DNA of 64,000 nt, from positions 110,670,001-110,734,000 of the forward strand of contig JANJGN010000008.1 of the NCBI GenBank assembly GCA_026770705.1. Reading direction: 5' to 3'. Shown in pieces: positions 62,701 through 64,000 of this stretch. Every line of letters begins with the position of its first letter. Positions within the stretch are counted from its first letter, which is position 1. Position numbers and translations under genes: made by a program. Origin of the DNA: Isurus oxyrinchus. Taxonomy: Eukaryota. Under the pieces are notes generated by a model. It saw only the letters and a program-made list of their open reading frames with translations. It was not told where the DNA came from and did no database searches.

Positions 62701-64000
62701 ATTTCTCTCCGCTCACTGGTGAATCTGCTAGTTCCCTCCAATCACTGGTGAATCTGCTTGTTCTCCGCACTCACTGGCAACTCTGCTAATTCTTTCCACT
62801 CAGTGGCAAATATGCCAGTTCTCCCCACTCACTGATGAATCTGCTAGTTCTCTCCACACACTGGTGAATCTGTTAGTTCTGTCCACTCACTGGCGAATCT
62901 GCTGGTTCTTCCAAATACTGGCAAATCTGCTAGTGTTCCCCACTCTTTGGCGAATGTGATAGTTTGCCCCCATCACTGGCGAACCTGCTAGTCCTCTCCA
63001 CGCACAGGAGATTCAGGTAGCTCTTCCAAGCACTGACAAATCTGCTCATTTCTCCATTCGCTGCACAATCTGCTAGTTCACATCACTCACTGACGAATCA
63101 GCCAGTATCCTGCACTGACTGGTGAATCTGCTAGTTCTCTCCACTCACTAGTGAAACTGCCAATTCTGCCCACTCACTGCTGAATATGTTAGTTCTTTCC
63201 ACTCACTGGTGAATCTGTTAGTGCTCTCCACTCACTGGTGAATCTGTTAGTTCTCTCCACTCACTGGTGAATCTGTTAGTTCTCTCCACTCACTGGTGAA
63301 TCTGCTAGTATCCTACACTCACTGGCGAAATTGTAAGTTCTCTCACTCTCTGGTGAATCTGTAAGTTCTCTCCACTTGCTGGCGAATCTGCTACTTTCCT
63401 CCATTCACTGGCAATATGGCTATTTCTCTCCACTCACTGGCGAATCTGCTACTTCCCTCCACTCACCGGCGAATCTGTTAGTTTTCTCCACTCATTAGCG
63501 AATCTACTAATACTTTCCACTCACTGTTGAATCTGCTATTTCCCACCACTCACTGAAGAATCTGCCACTATCCTCCACTGACTGGTGAAACTGCTAGTTC
63601 TCCCCACTCACTGGCGATTCTGCTAAATCTCTCCACTTACTGGCGAAACTGCTAGTTCTCCCCACTCACTGGCGAATCTGCTAGTTCCCTCCACTCACTG
63701 GTGAATCTGCTTTTTCTCCCCACTCACTGGCGAATCTGCTAATCCTCTCCACTCACTGGTGAATCTGCTAGTTCTCTGCACACACTGGTGAATCTGTTAG
63801 TTTTGTCCACTCACTGGCGAATATGCTGGTTCTTCCACTTACTGACAAATCAGCAAATGTTCGCAACTCTCTGGCGAATGTGCTAGTTCTCCCCCATCAT
63901 TGGGGAATTTGCCTTTCCTCTCCACGCCCGGTTGATTCAGATAGCTCTTCCAAGCACTGACACATCTGCTCGTTTCTCCATTCGCTGGACAATCTGCTAC

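Larger units (their letters stand above)
32291..64000 (+). repeat. Same 28/29-bp satellite array, right of the insertion; runs off the window end
   Basis: Same monomer and orientation. It resumes in register after the target-site duplication. Monomers look closer to consensus beyond about 57 kb. Confidence 0.98.

Noticed and set aside
1-64000. The many short ORFs (60-165 aa) with repeated THWRIC / PLTGESA / HSLANLL peptides
   Set aside because: These are the three frames of the 28/29-bp monomer. The frame changes with each monomer, stops come from ctag/tga variants, and no protein domain is present.
1-64000. CRISPR-like appearance (28-29 bp partly palindromic repeats)
   Set aside because: Repeats are contiguous and degenerate with no unique spacers, no cas genes, and a eukaryotic context.
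1-64000. C2H2 zinc-finger array (HTGE-like peptides; 3 x 28 bp = 84 bp)
   Set aside because: HTGE arises from cacactggtgaa by chance. There is no C-x2-C...H-x3-H spacing, no KP(Y/F) and no maintained frame.
1-64000. Hammerhead ribozymes in the satellite itself (CTGACGA/CTGATGA and GAAAC variants)
   Set aside because: These are one- or two-base variants of ctggcga and gaatc. I saw no helix II or helix I pairing linking them, unlike the motif at 31190-31228. A covariance-model scan would settle it.
1-64000. Telomeric repeats, V(D)J recombination signals or Ig switch region
   Set aside because: I saw no TTAGGG/CCCTAA arrays. Occasional CACTGTG heptamers are monomer variants without spaced nonamers, and there are no antigen-receptor segments.

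Overview
This window is vertebrate heterochromatin-type DNA, probably from a cartilaginous fish; that call rests on my recognition of the retroelement's 3' end, not on a search. About 98% is one head-to-tail satellite array of a degenerate 28/29-bp monomer (consensus CCACTCACTGGYGAATCTGCTAGTTCTCT, roughly 2,200 copies, all apparently in one orientation). The array is organised into layered, irregular higher-order repeats and recent tandem duplications from 57 bp to about 7.8 kb. The only non-satellite DNA is a 1,200-bp, 5'-truncated Penelope-like retroelement (PLE, Neptune-type) on the minus strand at 31091-32290, flanked by an exact 13-bp target-site duplication. It keeps the Cys-rich linker, a complete GIY-YIG endonuclease domain whose catalytic Arg appears replaced by Leu, and a 3' region with a minimal type I hammerhead ribozyme with a non-canonical core (CUGUCGA). 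A satellite-derived ATG sits in frame with the truncated element ORF. All other ORFs in the track are translation artefacts of the satellite. I found no host genes, tRNA/rRNA or CRISPR, and no clearly new biological system; the best leads are the variant ribozyme and the satellite/element relationship.
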